This document shows, one piece after another, positions 27,074-37,509 of a stretch of 58,886 bases of DNA. Position 1 is the first letter of the stretch. Each line of letters begins with the position of its first letter. The notes beneath the pieces are model-generated. The model was not told the origin of the DNA. It saw only the letters and a program-made list of their open reading frames with translations, and searched no databases. The stretch is from Girardia tigrina (taxonomy: Eukaryota): positions 1 to 58,886 of the forward strand of contig MQRK01232061.1 of NCBI GenBank assembly GCA_001938485.1. Direction: 5' to 3'. A program made the translations under genes and the position numbers.

Positions 27074-27610
27074 ATAGTTACTCCCGCCATTTTCCAATTA
27101 TTAATTTAATTTCATAAAATGGATATTCATGGAACTGAGAAAAATCATTTTGCCTCATAGCTAGTCACCAGCCATCGTCATGCTTTGTTTTAAATAGGCA
27201 GTCTGATTTTTCTAGTCCATGACAATTCTATGTTGATTGCTTATTGTATTTTGAAGAGGACTAATTCCGAAAAAATAAGTCATCTAGCTAAATTTGCAAT
27301 CAGTCGGTAAAAGCTCTAAAAACAATAAGCTTTATCAATAACAACAAAAACAAAGTCATAGTCACTCCTGCTGTTTACCGAAGAAAGCTCAAATTCCATC
27401 CAACCAACTTCTCAACAAAGCCTATTCTACTAGATCACTAGAGTCAATCCTTTTACTGAATGTACGGATCTAATTTTCCGAATCCCTGTCCTATATTGTT
27501 CTAAGACTAGAGGCTTCTCCCATTGCAGACCTGCTGCGGATATCAGTACGGCTTGAAACGACATTTATAACTGTTTCATCAGATTTTCGAGGGCCACCCA
27601 GAGAGCTTTG
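27074..27610 (-). pseudogene. Degenerate 28S rRNA gene fragment
   Basis: Collinear matches to the reverse complement of conserved LSU core: ATAGTTACTCCCGCC, GCCATCGTCATGCTTTGTTTTAAATAGGCAGTC, TAGAGTCAATCCTT...TACGGATCTAATTT, GACCTGCTGCGGATAT and GATTTTCGAGGGCC. Confidence 0.85.
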
Positions 27611-28027
27611 GATATTACATGAAATATAATAAGTTTTAGCGGAATCATTACACTTTAAAAACCATTCAAATTTTTAGCAGAAAAGATATTCTGGTAATGC
27701 GGGGTTAATGATTCAACAATAGATTTAGAACAGATATTGTGATTTAACTATGAACTTAGTTTATTAATATTGTTAACAGATTTAATAAAATATATTCTAG
27801 CAATACAGGGTTAACATGATTACTTGAAAGAATTGAAGTGAGTATTAAAATAATCGAAAACATTGCAGAATATTAATACAATAAATTACGTTTTCGTTGC
27901 AATTGGATTAAAATTAGTTTTTTTATAAAATTTTGTCTAAAAATCTAAATATTAATCATGTGAAAACATATCTCTATCTTTTTTTACACATTCGGTATTG
28001 CCAGTACTACTTGCACATAACAAGTAC

Positions 28028-28585
28028 GGTTCCATGAAAATTGCGTAAGGGATAATTGTGGAAAGACAATTGAGTACATAAAAATTTATAACTTAAAAAA
28101 TGAATAATTTTATATCATGAAATAAACCGTAACCCTAATCTCAAATCCTAAGCCCAACCGTAACCTTTACTCTAAACATAACCCTAACGCTAACTCTAAC
28201 CATAATCATAACCCTTACTTTAACTTTAACTCTGACCTTAAACCGTTACAGATTGAAGTCAATGGATACAATATTGAGGGGGACAAACTCAAGTACCTTA
28301 GGAGATTTGCAAATAATTTAATAAATAATTTTATCAAAATTTTAATCAAATTAATTTTATCAATAAATTATTAATGAATCTTTTTATTTCTTTCGATTTT
28401 TAGTTTGTTATTTTAAAAATATAATTAACTGTTAATAAAACAGAATTTGTGAAATATTGGAATTGTATATATGTGTCATCATTTTATTCAACACCATCAA
28501 TAATTTAATAATAATCAATAATAATAATTTAATCTCTACACAATTGTCCCTTACGTAATTTTATGTACACAATTGTCTGGTCATC
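28028..28585. mobile_element. Non-autonomous Mutator-like element containing degenerate (TAACCC)n
   Basis: Perfect 9-bp TSD AACAAGTAC; inverted subterminal blocks AAAATTGCGTAAGGGATAATTGTG/CACAATTGTCCCTTACGTAATTTT and AGACAATTGAGTACATAAAA/TTTTATGTACACAATTGTCT. Confidence 0.85.
28125..28245. repeat. Degenerate telomere-like hexamer array (~20 units of TAACCC)
   Basis: AACCGT AACCCT AATCTC AAATCCT AAGCCC AACCGT AACCTT TACTCT AAACAT AACCCT AACGCT AACTCT AACCAT... Confidence 0.8.
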
Positions 28586-28775
28586 AACAAGTACCTGTTT
28601 GTATTCGGTCCATTTTTATCCGAATTTTTATTTGTGCTAATTCTTTGTGCGGCCTCATACATAATTTTTGATTATGATATCTCACCAAAAAATTCGAATA
28701 AAAAAGGACTGCATAAAAACAGGTTTCAGTGTGTAGTAAAACTTGAGCTTGAAACGTCTGATTGTAAGCTTTTAT

Positions 28776-30312
28776 GATTCCCGGAAAAAGAGACCAGGAT
28801 AAAAAGAGACCAGAATAAAAAGAGACCAGGATAAAAAGAGACCAGGAAAAAAGAGACCACATAAAATAGGAAAATTCAAGTAAATTTTAGAAAAATTTTA
28901 AAAACTCGGGTAAAATTTTGAGAAAATTAAAAATTAGAGAAATTTTAGAAAAATTAGAAAATTAGAATAAATGTAACACGCAAAAAGTTTATTTTCAAAA
29001 ACACTGTTTAATTGATAATATTTAAACAAAATATTTATCAAAAAAGCATATCTTAAATATTTCAAAGAATTAAAATATCTAATATCCAACACTCCCACCA
29101 GATTCGTCCACAGAAGAATCTGAATCCACAATGCAATCATTTAGATAAGGCGGTCTTCGTCTTTCTCTACTAGGCCTACAGTTCAATGATTGTTCCTCTT
29201 GTGTTTGATTGTCTGGTAGTGATGCAGTTTCCTCCATATTCATATAGTATGACTTAGAATTTTCAACCAAGTCAGGCTGTCTAGGTCGAATGTCTGCGAT
29301 ATGTCTTGGATCGCAAAATCCATTGCAATTTACTATATATTTCCTTTGATCTATTCTTTTCACGACAACTTCTTTGGCCCATTGTTGTGTACATGGTGTA
29401 CTATTTTCCGGTTTTACCCACACTAATTGATTCTCAACATAATCTGGATTACCACAAAACGGTTCATTTTCACTTCTTCCAATTATAAATTTTAGAAAAA
29501 TTAGAAAATTCAAGTAAATTTTGGAAAAAATATTAAATTTGAGTAAAATTTAGAAAAATTATTAAATTTAAGTAAATTTTAGAAAAATTAGAAAAAAAGA
29601 GTAAATTTTAGAAATATTAAAAAATGATGTGATATCACATTTTGAAATATAATGTGTTTCTTAAATAAAGTCTAGTATTCTATTCTTGATCTTCAGAGCT
29701 GAAGCCATTTTTGTGACATTTCTTGGGGAGTGTTCCGCCACGAACGTTTCCCGTTTCATCCTGGTGGTTGTCTGACATCATCTCGAATCAATTTATTGTT
29801 CTTGCTATTCCTGACGGCCAAAACTATTTTTTCTCGATTTTCCCTTAAAAATACATGGACATTACTGTCCAAATGAAGAATCATATAATGAAAAAAATAA
29901 TTATGTAAAACTCTTTTGTGGTTTTTTTATTGTGCAAAAAATTCAAATTTTTGTGATAATGTTCCTTTATTATTAGATTTTATTTAAAATATTTACTAAT
30001 TACTGAAATGTCTCAGTAACTATTTTATTTTTCTAAAACTAACTTGAATTTTTGAATTTTTCTAAATTTTACTTGATTTTTTAAAATTTTGCTAAATTTT
30101 AATCAAATTTAATATTTTTTTTGAAATTTATTTGAATTTTCTAATTTTTCTAAAATTGTTTTGAATTTTCTAATTTTTCTAAAATTTTCCTAAATTTTAA
30201 TAATTTTACTTAATTTTTTTAAATTTTTCTAAAATTTACTTTAATTTTTCAATTTTATGTGGTCTCTTTTATCCGTGGTCTCTTTTATCCTGGTCTGTTT
30301 TTTTCGATCTCC
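28776..30312. mobile_element. Foldback Mutator-like (Phantom-type) element with tandem subterminal repeats
   Basis: Five 16-bp GGATAAAAAGAGACCA units on the left and three inverted units on the right; inverted AT-rich minisatellite arms; 9-bp TSD AGCTTTTAT/AGTTTTTAT. Confidence 0.85.
29083..29485 (-). mobile_element. Gypsy-type pol C-terminus plus PPT/LTR junction fragment
   Basis: LVWVKPENSTPCTQQW...PRHIADIRPR...RPSRERRRPPYLND resembles post-integrase tails; it is followed by CTGGTGGGAG|TGTTGG. Confidence 0.7.
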
Positions 30313-30369
30313 AGTTTTTATAACTATTACTTATGTTTTTGTTTATTGATTTTTCATATAATTTTTTTT

Positions 30370-31410
30370 TCAAAAAAAAGGCGAATTTCATCCCAAAGAA
30401 GCAACATTTGAGGAGAGTTTTATTTCATTATGCTATTGAAAAAAAGGGCTGCGGAATCTTTTCGTTTGTTTATGAAAATTTATGGTAATTAAGAAATTTT
30501 ATAAAATTTTATAAAATTTTATAAAAAAATTTAATTAAGATTAATTTCAACAGTTACAAATTGTGATTTTGATACAAAGAAGTGCAAAAATTGGAAATCA
30601 CAAGGAAATTTGAAGATGAAGAGTAGGAGAAATTGTAGGACGAAGCTTAAATCACAGAACTATTTGTTTCACAACGTCTTCGATGTATGGAAATAATTGA
30701 GAAGCAAAGAATTTGGAGTCCAAATAAATGTATCAACTGAATCTTCAAGGAAAAAACAAAAACGCTTTTTTCATCGAATGGTATAAGAGACAAAAATGGA
30801 TTTACTTTGAAAATTTAGAACGCAAACCAATTTGATTGAAATAAAATTAATCCGATCCATCATATCCGAAACAAGAGACCCTTGCTATGTATATGGTGAG
30901 ATCCTAGACTATAGGACCTAGAGGAACCTTAAAGGATGAACAACTGGAAACTATCACATGAACCCGCTATCAACGGCCATTAGTTTGTTAAAAAGCAGCT
31001 CTTAATGAAAAATCACCAAAATTGGTGAATTGACAACAAAATTATTTTACCTCATGTAAAAGTTAGTCGAGTATTTTGTTAACCTAATAAAAAGTACTTA
31101 GAAGGCGTTAAGGGTAAATCATAAATCCTACACCATATTTAGCCTTAAGATTATCATTTGTCCCGATCGATTTAGTTATACATTATGGAGTGAAATTCAG
31201 TTCACGTGAAGAGATCCAAATTGGGATAGATAGTTCGATTGCTTTAAAAGAACCAGGCTTCTACCTTTAATGAATCCATTTGTAGCTTATAAGACTGGAG
31301 AAGGTTGTGTCATCTAAAGACTCATATTTTTAATGAATTTTCTTTCATTTATTTTATTAAAAAAACTTTACCTTATTTACTCAAAAGGATGAAATCATAT
31401 TTGTACATTT
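30370..31410 (+). mobile_element. Highly degenerate Mos1-like mariner
   Basis: NFIPKKQHLRRVL..AAESFR start, TPYLA.*DYHL (a YSPDLAPSDY relic) and a TIR-like right end GAAATCATATTTGTACATTTAA|TA. Confidence 0.7.
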
Positions 31411-31478
31411 AATAAATTCATAAATTAATAAAGTAACAAAAAATCAATCTTGGCACAAGAAGAATGTATGGTCAATAT

Positions 31479-32198
31479 CAGTTGCGGATTTAGATTTTGG
31501 TGCATTTGTAAGGCGAGAAAACTTTCAGGGGGCACCAAAAAGGATAAAGGTAGTACTAGCCCTACTAATTTTAATATTTAGTAAATACTATAATATACAC
31601 GATCTGTACGCTTCCCGCTATCTTGTTCCAGCGGTAGGCAGCACCAAAAAAATAAATAACTGATGTACGATCACTTATGTACAAGCACTGATACCACAAG
31701 CTACAGCATACAGTTAAAAGTGCCGTTATGCCCTGTATATATTTAATATTAATAAATGACTGTAGTGTAGAGTGGTAATTGGAGTGTAAATACCGCCGTT
31801 GGACTTTATAGACAGACAAAACTTGTACAAGCAGCAAGTGGAAAGTGAAATCTTAAGTCTCAGTAGTATTCTTCACTGCCCAAAAATATTATGCCTGCTA
31901 GCCTACTGCATCATCTATGTCTAACAACTAGACATGGTAATATTACAAATAGCAAAGCATCAGCAGCATTATGTTGCAGTGTACACGTTAATAATACATA
32001 CCAAACCAATCCATTTAGTTCTTCTGCATCACAGACCTTGTGTCAGTGTTAAGGATGAAACTTAATCATAATGCACCTAATTCTTGTACACAAAACTACA
32101 CATTTATAAAAGTCATCTTGGGGGTGCCATTAGAATCCAACAGGGGCGTGGGGGGGGCAAACGCCCCCCCCCCAGTCTTATAGCTAAATCCGCCACTG
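31479..32198. mobile_element. hAT-type MITE (720 bp)
   Basis: 15-bp TIR CAGT(T/G)GCGGATTTAG; perfect 8-bp TSD GTCAATAT; subterminal GGGGGCACC and G/C-rich hairpin. Confidence 0.93.
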
Positions 32199-32732
32199 GT
32201 CAATATGCATAGATTCTTTTAAATGCCAAGAAAACGATATCAAGCGTGGAAGAAGTGCAGTATTATAAGTGCAGTATAACAAATGACAAATGAGAGGTTT
32301 AAAATATCTTAACTCTCGTAAAAATTAATTAAAGATAAAAGATGAGTGCCTCTTTAGCATAATCTCATTATTTTTTAATTAGTTTATTAATAAATTATGA
32401 TTATTAGGTTGTTTGAATACGCTAATCGATGATATTCTTTAGGTATATTCGATATTGTCAAGCAGTCATTATATAAAATAAAATTATTTAATAAAAGTAG
32501 ATATTTTTCAAATTCGGTCTTCATATAGGAGTGAAAGCCGTCAACGAACAAATTAGATTAGGCCGACCATCAATTGTATTCTAAAACGTGCTTAACAACA
32601 TTTCTTCTTCCATTAAAGGAAAGAATGACGCTGATTAATGTTGTTACTAAATTGATAAGGTTTTGGAAAAATAAAAATTGATTAATATAGATTTACAAAT
32701 ATTTTGCAGTTTTTCAATCTTCGACCCCTTAA

Positions 32733-33328
32733 CCTTCCGCTGCTCGTGTGGCTTTTGGAACACAAGTTATCGCTTTGTATCTGACATACACCACATAGTT
32801 TTTTTATCTTTTCTCAGAATAAATGTTGCACTATCATTGTCAGCTTCTGTAGAATATCTATCTTCATCTGTAGACTGTTCGTTGTCATTGTCAGATAAAT
32901 ATTCTTCTATATTTTCTATTTCGTCTTCATCTGCACTATCAATTGCATTTAAAAATTTGGAATCCGACGAATTTATTATTTTACTTAAATTTTCTGCGTC
33001 TTTTTTATCCATAGGATTGAAGATTTTTTCCCCCATCTATATTTAACTATAAATATAAAATTAAAAAAAATACATTTTATAACTTCGAAACTAAAGCAAT
33101 CAGATAACTGTTATTAACACAAAAAACTATAGTACCTATACACTCGACACTTACATAAAAACAATTCCTTTTGAATTGCCTCAATAAAATCTATAAATAG
33201 ATTGACCGTTAAAACAATAATAGTCGAACAGATACACAAAAGCAGGGGATTATATTCAAATGGAGACAGAAAATACAGACTAATAAACGTGATGGTTATC
33301 TGTCAGACGTTGCGCGAGCAGCGAACGG
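32733..33328 (-). mobile_element. Internally deleted piggyBac
   Basis: TIRs CCTTCCGCTGCTCG and CCGTTCGCTGCTCG (rc); flanks TTAA/TTCA; acidic N-terminal tract ending FILRKDKKTMW in ORF 32767..33036. Confidence 0.75.
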
Positions 33329-34339
33329 TTCAAAAAAAACTAAATGTTTAGGTAGCGACAAAGTATTAAGTATTATTAAAGTTATGAATTCGACAGCCAA
33401 TAAAAAAATTATTTATATGAACGACTTTAACTCACTTCAAACTCTCTGACTCTTAAAATTGAGTCCCTTCAATCTATGATAAATATTTCCTGAAGCAACA
33501 CTTGATCCCCAAATTGTGTACCTAATGTGTCCACCTGTTATCATATGTGAAAAATTCTAAATTGAAAAATAATTTACAATTAATTTTTTGTCACATTTTT
33601 ATAATTATCAAATAATTTGATAATGTCATTTACCGTTAAGAATTCCGTCCCGGTTTCGTCTCGACACTGACCCTGAAAAAATATTGTGACCCCTAAATTC
33701 TATTTGCTTGATATTTTTTAAAAATGATTATTATTTCTTTTTAAAATAATAACTTTCTCTTTATTTGTCATTAGATGCTGGAAACTCTAAATGGAAATTT
33801 TCGAGGCAATTTAATTGTTTTTATAAATGCTCCTCGAGTGGGGGGCCACAGTCAGTCCATTCTGTCCTCAGTAAATATTTATGCAACAATTTCCAGTCCT
33901 CGGAATTCGAACGAATAAATTCTTAGTTCGTGGAGTTTATTTGTCGTTTTGAAGTTAAATTAATTGTATTTGTATAATAAAGAAATGTTGTTATTTGCAT
34001 TTAAATATCTTCCGGTCAGAAGGATAAATATGAATGTTCTGCTTCCAAAACAAATCGTTTTACGTATTCTAATCATAGTTGTTCTCTTGGTTCATTTGAT
34101 AGTTCCCAGTTTGTTGTTTAATCCAACTTTTTGGTAACAATTTCATTATTATTCACGATTTTTGCAATCATATAAACGGGGTATTTTTATGGATGGATAT
34201 TTTATTAATTCGTCATAAAGGTGATGATCTGAGTGCTCAATATTACAAAGATTGGATCACAAAAGCCTCGGGCATGGCAGAAAGAAACAAACGATAATTT
34301 TTTCTACCTTTTTAAAAAGTTTAAATAAATATAATCATT

Positions 34340-35545
34340 TAGATATAGATTAGTTAATTATTCTAAACTCCATATGAAAGAAATAGTTCAGCGTTTCCCT
34401 TTATCCCTATTATCCTAAACAACCAATGCACCACATACGAATGAGTTAAAATTTTGTGGATGAGAATCTATAAATTCCTGGAAGGCCATTTTAGGGAATC
34501 TTCGGAATTGAATTTTTTCCTATAAAAAAGTAGTTCAAAGTGAGGAAGAAATGTTAGTCAGATGGGGCTAGGTCTGGTGAGTATGGAAAATGATGCTGAA
34601 GTTCCGAATTAAGTTCCTATAGTTTTGTCATGTCTTAAGTTCATTTTGTGGTTCTGCATTGTCGTAGAGCAAGAGTTGAACTGTTTACCAAACGCGGCTG
34701 ATTTTCTTTGAGTTTCTGCATTATATCTTCATATTGATTGCAGTAGATATCTGATGTGATCGACGAATCAGGTTTCATGTAGTCATAATGGATTAAACCT
34801 GCAGCAGACTACCAAACACGTACATCAGCTTCTTTTGATGAATGTTGTGCTTTGGACTATGTTTCAGTGCTTCATTCGTGTCTCCCTAGCTTGCTGAACG
34901 TTTGCGATTATCATATTAGATCTAATTTTCATCACAAGTGACTATTTGATTAAAAACTTGATCACATTTATAATGAGAAGACATAATCAAGAAAACTTCC
35001 ATACGCTTTTGTTTCTGCATTTCATTCAACTCATCTGGAGTTCCTAATTAATTAAATTATTGTTTGCTTTGTAACACCAAACATTAGCGATCATGAGCAC
35101 TTTGTGATGGATCCAAATCCACAGTTACCTTGAGTTCGTTATTGTCCACCTGCCTTCCTGGGAAACCCTGAGACTAATTAATGAGGGTTAAATTACCTTT
35201 CACGAATTCCCTGAACCCAATTGAGACTGTCTGCTGCATAGTAGCATTGTATCCGAATACACCTTTGATGTTTCGCATGGTTTCTGATGCTGAGATTCCA
35301 CATGACAACTTGTATTTCATAATACATCAAATTTCTGCCATTTCCAAGTTTTAACATACTGATTATTAAAAATACTGATTATTACTGTTTAAAAGATCAA
35401 TAATTTTAAATAATTTCGATTGAAGTTTTCAATAGTCAAGATATGAAGTAATAAAAAACAGCAACAAAATGTTAAGTCATTGTCAAATTATAACTATTTC
35501 AATTTATTGTAATCATGCCTACAAATTTTATACGAAACGACCCAA
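34340..35545 (-). mobile_element. Degenerate mariner starting ~400 bp downstream of the bcl11 stop
   Basis: QIVTCDEN*I*YDNRKR, YDNAEP and YSPDLAPSD; TIR-like TA|TTGGGTCGTTTCGTATAAAATTTG. Confidence 0.85.
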
Positions 35546-35950
35546 TACGACAATTTTGTCAATAATTTATATATTTTATAAGAGTCAGGAAACATAAGAA
35601 AATTTATGAAGAGTCACTTATGACATTCTTAACAATCATTCAAATTAGAAATAACCGCACAGAATTATAGTAATAAAATCTTCAATCAAATAATTTAACA
35701 ATTTCTTTATGAAATAAAAGTATTAAAGAACAAAATGACCATTTTCCTTTTGATAAAACAATTGTTAACTTAAACTTTCAAAATCTTTTCTATTAAAACC
35801 CTTCTCAAACAAGAAGCGGTCAGCCAAGCGGCTCTGGGGTATTTTAAACTTGACCCTTATTTTAAAACGGTGGAATCTTTTTTAATCAAAAACAACAACT
35901 CAAGCAAATAAACATATATTTTTACATAGAAATCAAATATTTCAATAATT

Positions 35951-37509
35951 CTAAGCCACTCCAACTCCACTCAAATTATTGGGACTCGAGCTCTTGTTTG
36001 GTATGGTTAAAATATTTCTATGATGATGGTTTCTGGCATTTGATAACAGATTCAGGCTTATATTTCGATTTTTCATACATTTTCGCATATGTTTTTCCAA
36101 AGTCGATGGAACAATAAATGGAGTATTGCAATATTTGCAAAAATGACTCGATTTTCCCTCTCTTCCGTGGGTCTTCATATGTCTGGTCAATTTACTTGAT
36201 TGAGCACATGCATAGTTGCATAATTTACATTTGTACGGTTTTTCCCCCGTGTGACTCCTTCTGTGAACGGTGAGATTGCTGCAATTTTTGAAAATTTTCC
36301 CACAAAATTCACATGTATCATTTCGATTGTTTCTACTCCTCAACGGGATTTGATGGCTGGAGATCGAATGTAAAGCAGCTAATGAGTTAGAACCGACCGT
36401 TGCGGAGGGTGACACTTCCGCGCTACTTATTGAAGCTGAACTGTTGGATCCGTAATTGACTTTTTCTGTTGAAAATGATCCCACATCTGATGCGTATGAC
36501 CGACTATTGATCATTTCAAAAGGAGAAATTCCATTAAGCTTTTGATGACCTTTGAAATGGGAATAATTAAACCCGTTATGAGGACTTTTAATCAAAGGAT
36601 AAGGTGGAAACATTCCAACCGAATGTTTCAGTGCAGATTTTAAATGATTGTTAATATCACTGGACGGGGAGTTAAAAACCGGATTTTGCATTCTATGGTT
36701 AGCCATATTGTTGACATTTCGATGGATCCTTTGTTGGAAAACGGAGTTCGAAAAATTTAACGGAGGACTGGGAAAAGGAGAAAAACATTGCTTTTGAAGG
36801 TTTGGATTGATCTTTTTGAAAAAATCTTGTAAGTGATGATAATTAGTGATATTTGGGGATTTATTAAAAACGGGAAACTGACTTGGTGGTAAATTGCTCA
36901 TGAGGTATCTAAGAAAATGAGGATTAGGAATTTGATTATTCGGTAATGAGGATTCTGATAAAACGGATGTCAGAAACTGTCTCCGCCATAACTCCCAAAC
37001 GCTGGGACATACCTGAGGAACCTCTTGCAGTTGATTAGGAAACAGTTTCGAGTTCTCCGGAACCGCATTTCTCATTTGTAGTTTAATACGTTTCTCATCA
37101 ATTTCCGAAAGATTATCTGATAAATTTCTTTTCAATTTTTGATTATGATTTGATTTATAGTTTTCAGAATCTGTTGCCAGTCTCAATGTACACAACACAA
37201 TATGATCTCTCAAATGCCTTTGAATATCGAATTCTTTATCACAATATTTACAAATAAACTTTTCGGGTTTCGGTTCAGAGTTGGGATTATCTTTTCGATT
37301 TTCCGATTTACTATTCGATTGCCATTGTTCGATCAAATGAAACAATTGTGTGATCTGATCTTTCGAAGATTGGGGTTTGTTGGTTTCGACATCCTCCTTC
37401 ATTTCCGGAATGTAAAGATTCATTTTGTGAATGGTTTTCATGTGTTGAAAGAACTCCCAGTTGGAAGAAAACGTTTCCTGACAATAGACACAAAATTTGT
37501 TTGAATTTT
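35951..37509 (-). CDS. bcl11: bcl11 coding exon 3 (all five zinc fingers and stop)
   Basis: Acceptor TTTTTTTTTATTTCAG at 37510; extends the 496-aa ORF 35951..37441 upstream and completes ZF1. Confidence 0.93.

Noticed and set aside
27074-27610. Functional rRNA gene
   Set aside because: It is only a fragment, has many substitutions in invariant positions, and has no flanking rDNA unit.
28780-28860. Regular 16-bp repeats resembling a CRISPR or iteron array
   Set aside because: There are no unique spacers or cas genes, the context is eukaryotic, and they are explained as MULE subterminal repeats.
32767-33036. Acidic 89-aa ORF as a host gene
   Set aside because: It lies between piggyBac-like TIRs and resembles a piggyBac transposase N-terminus.
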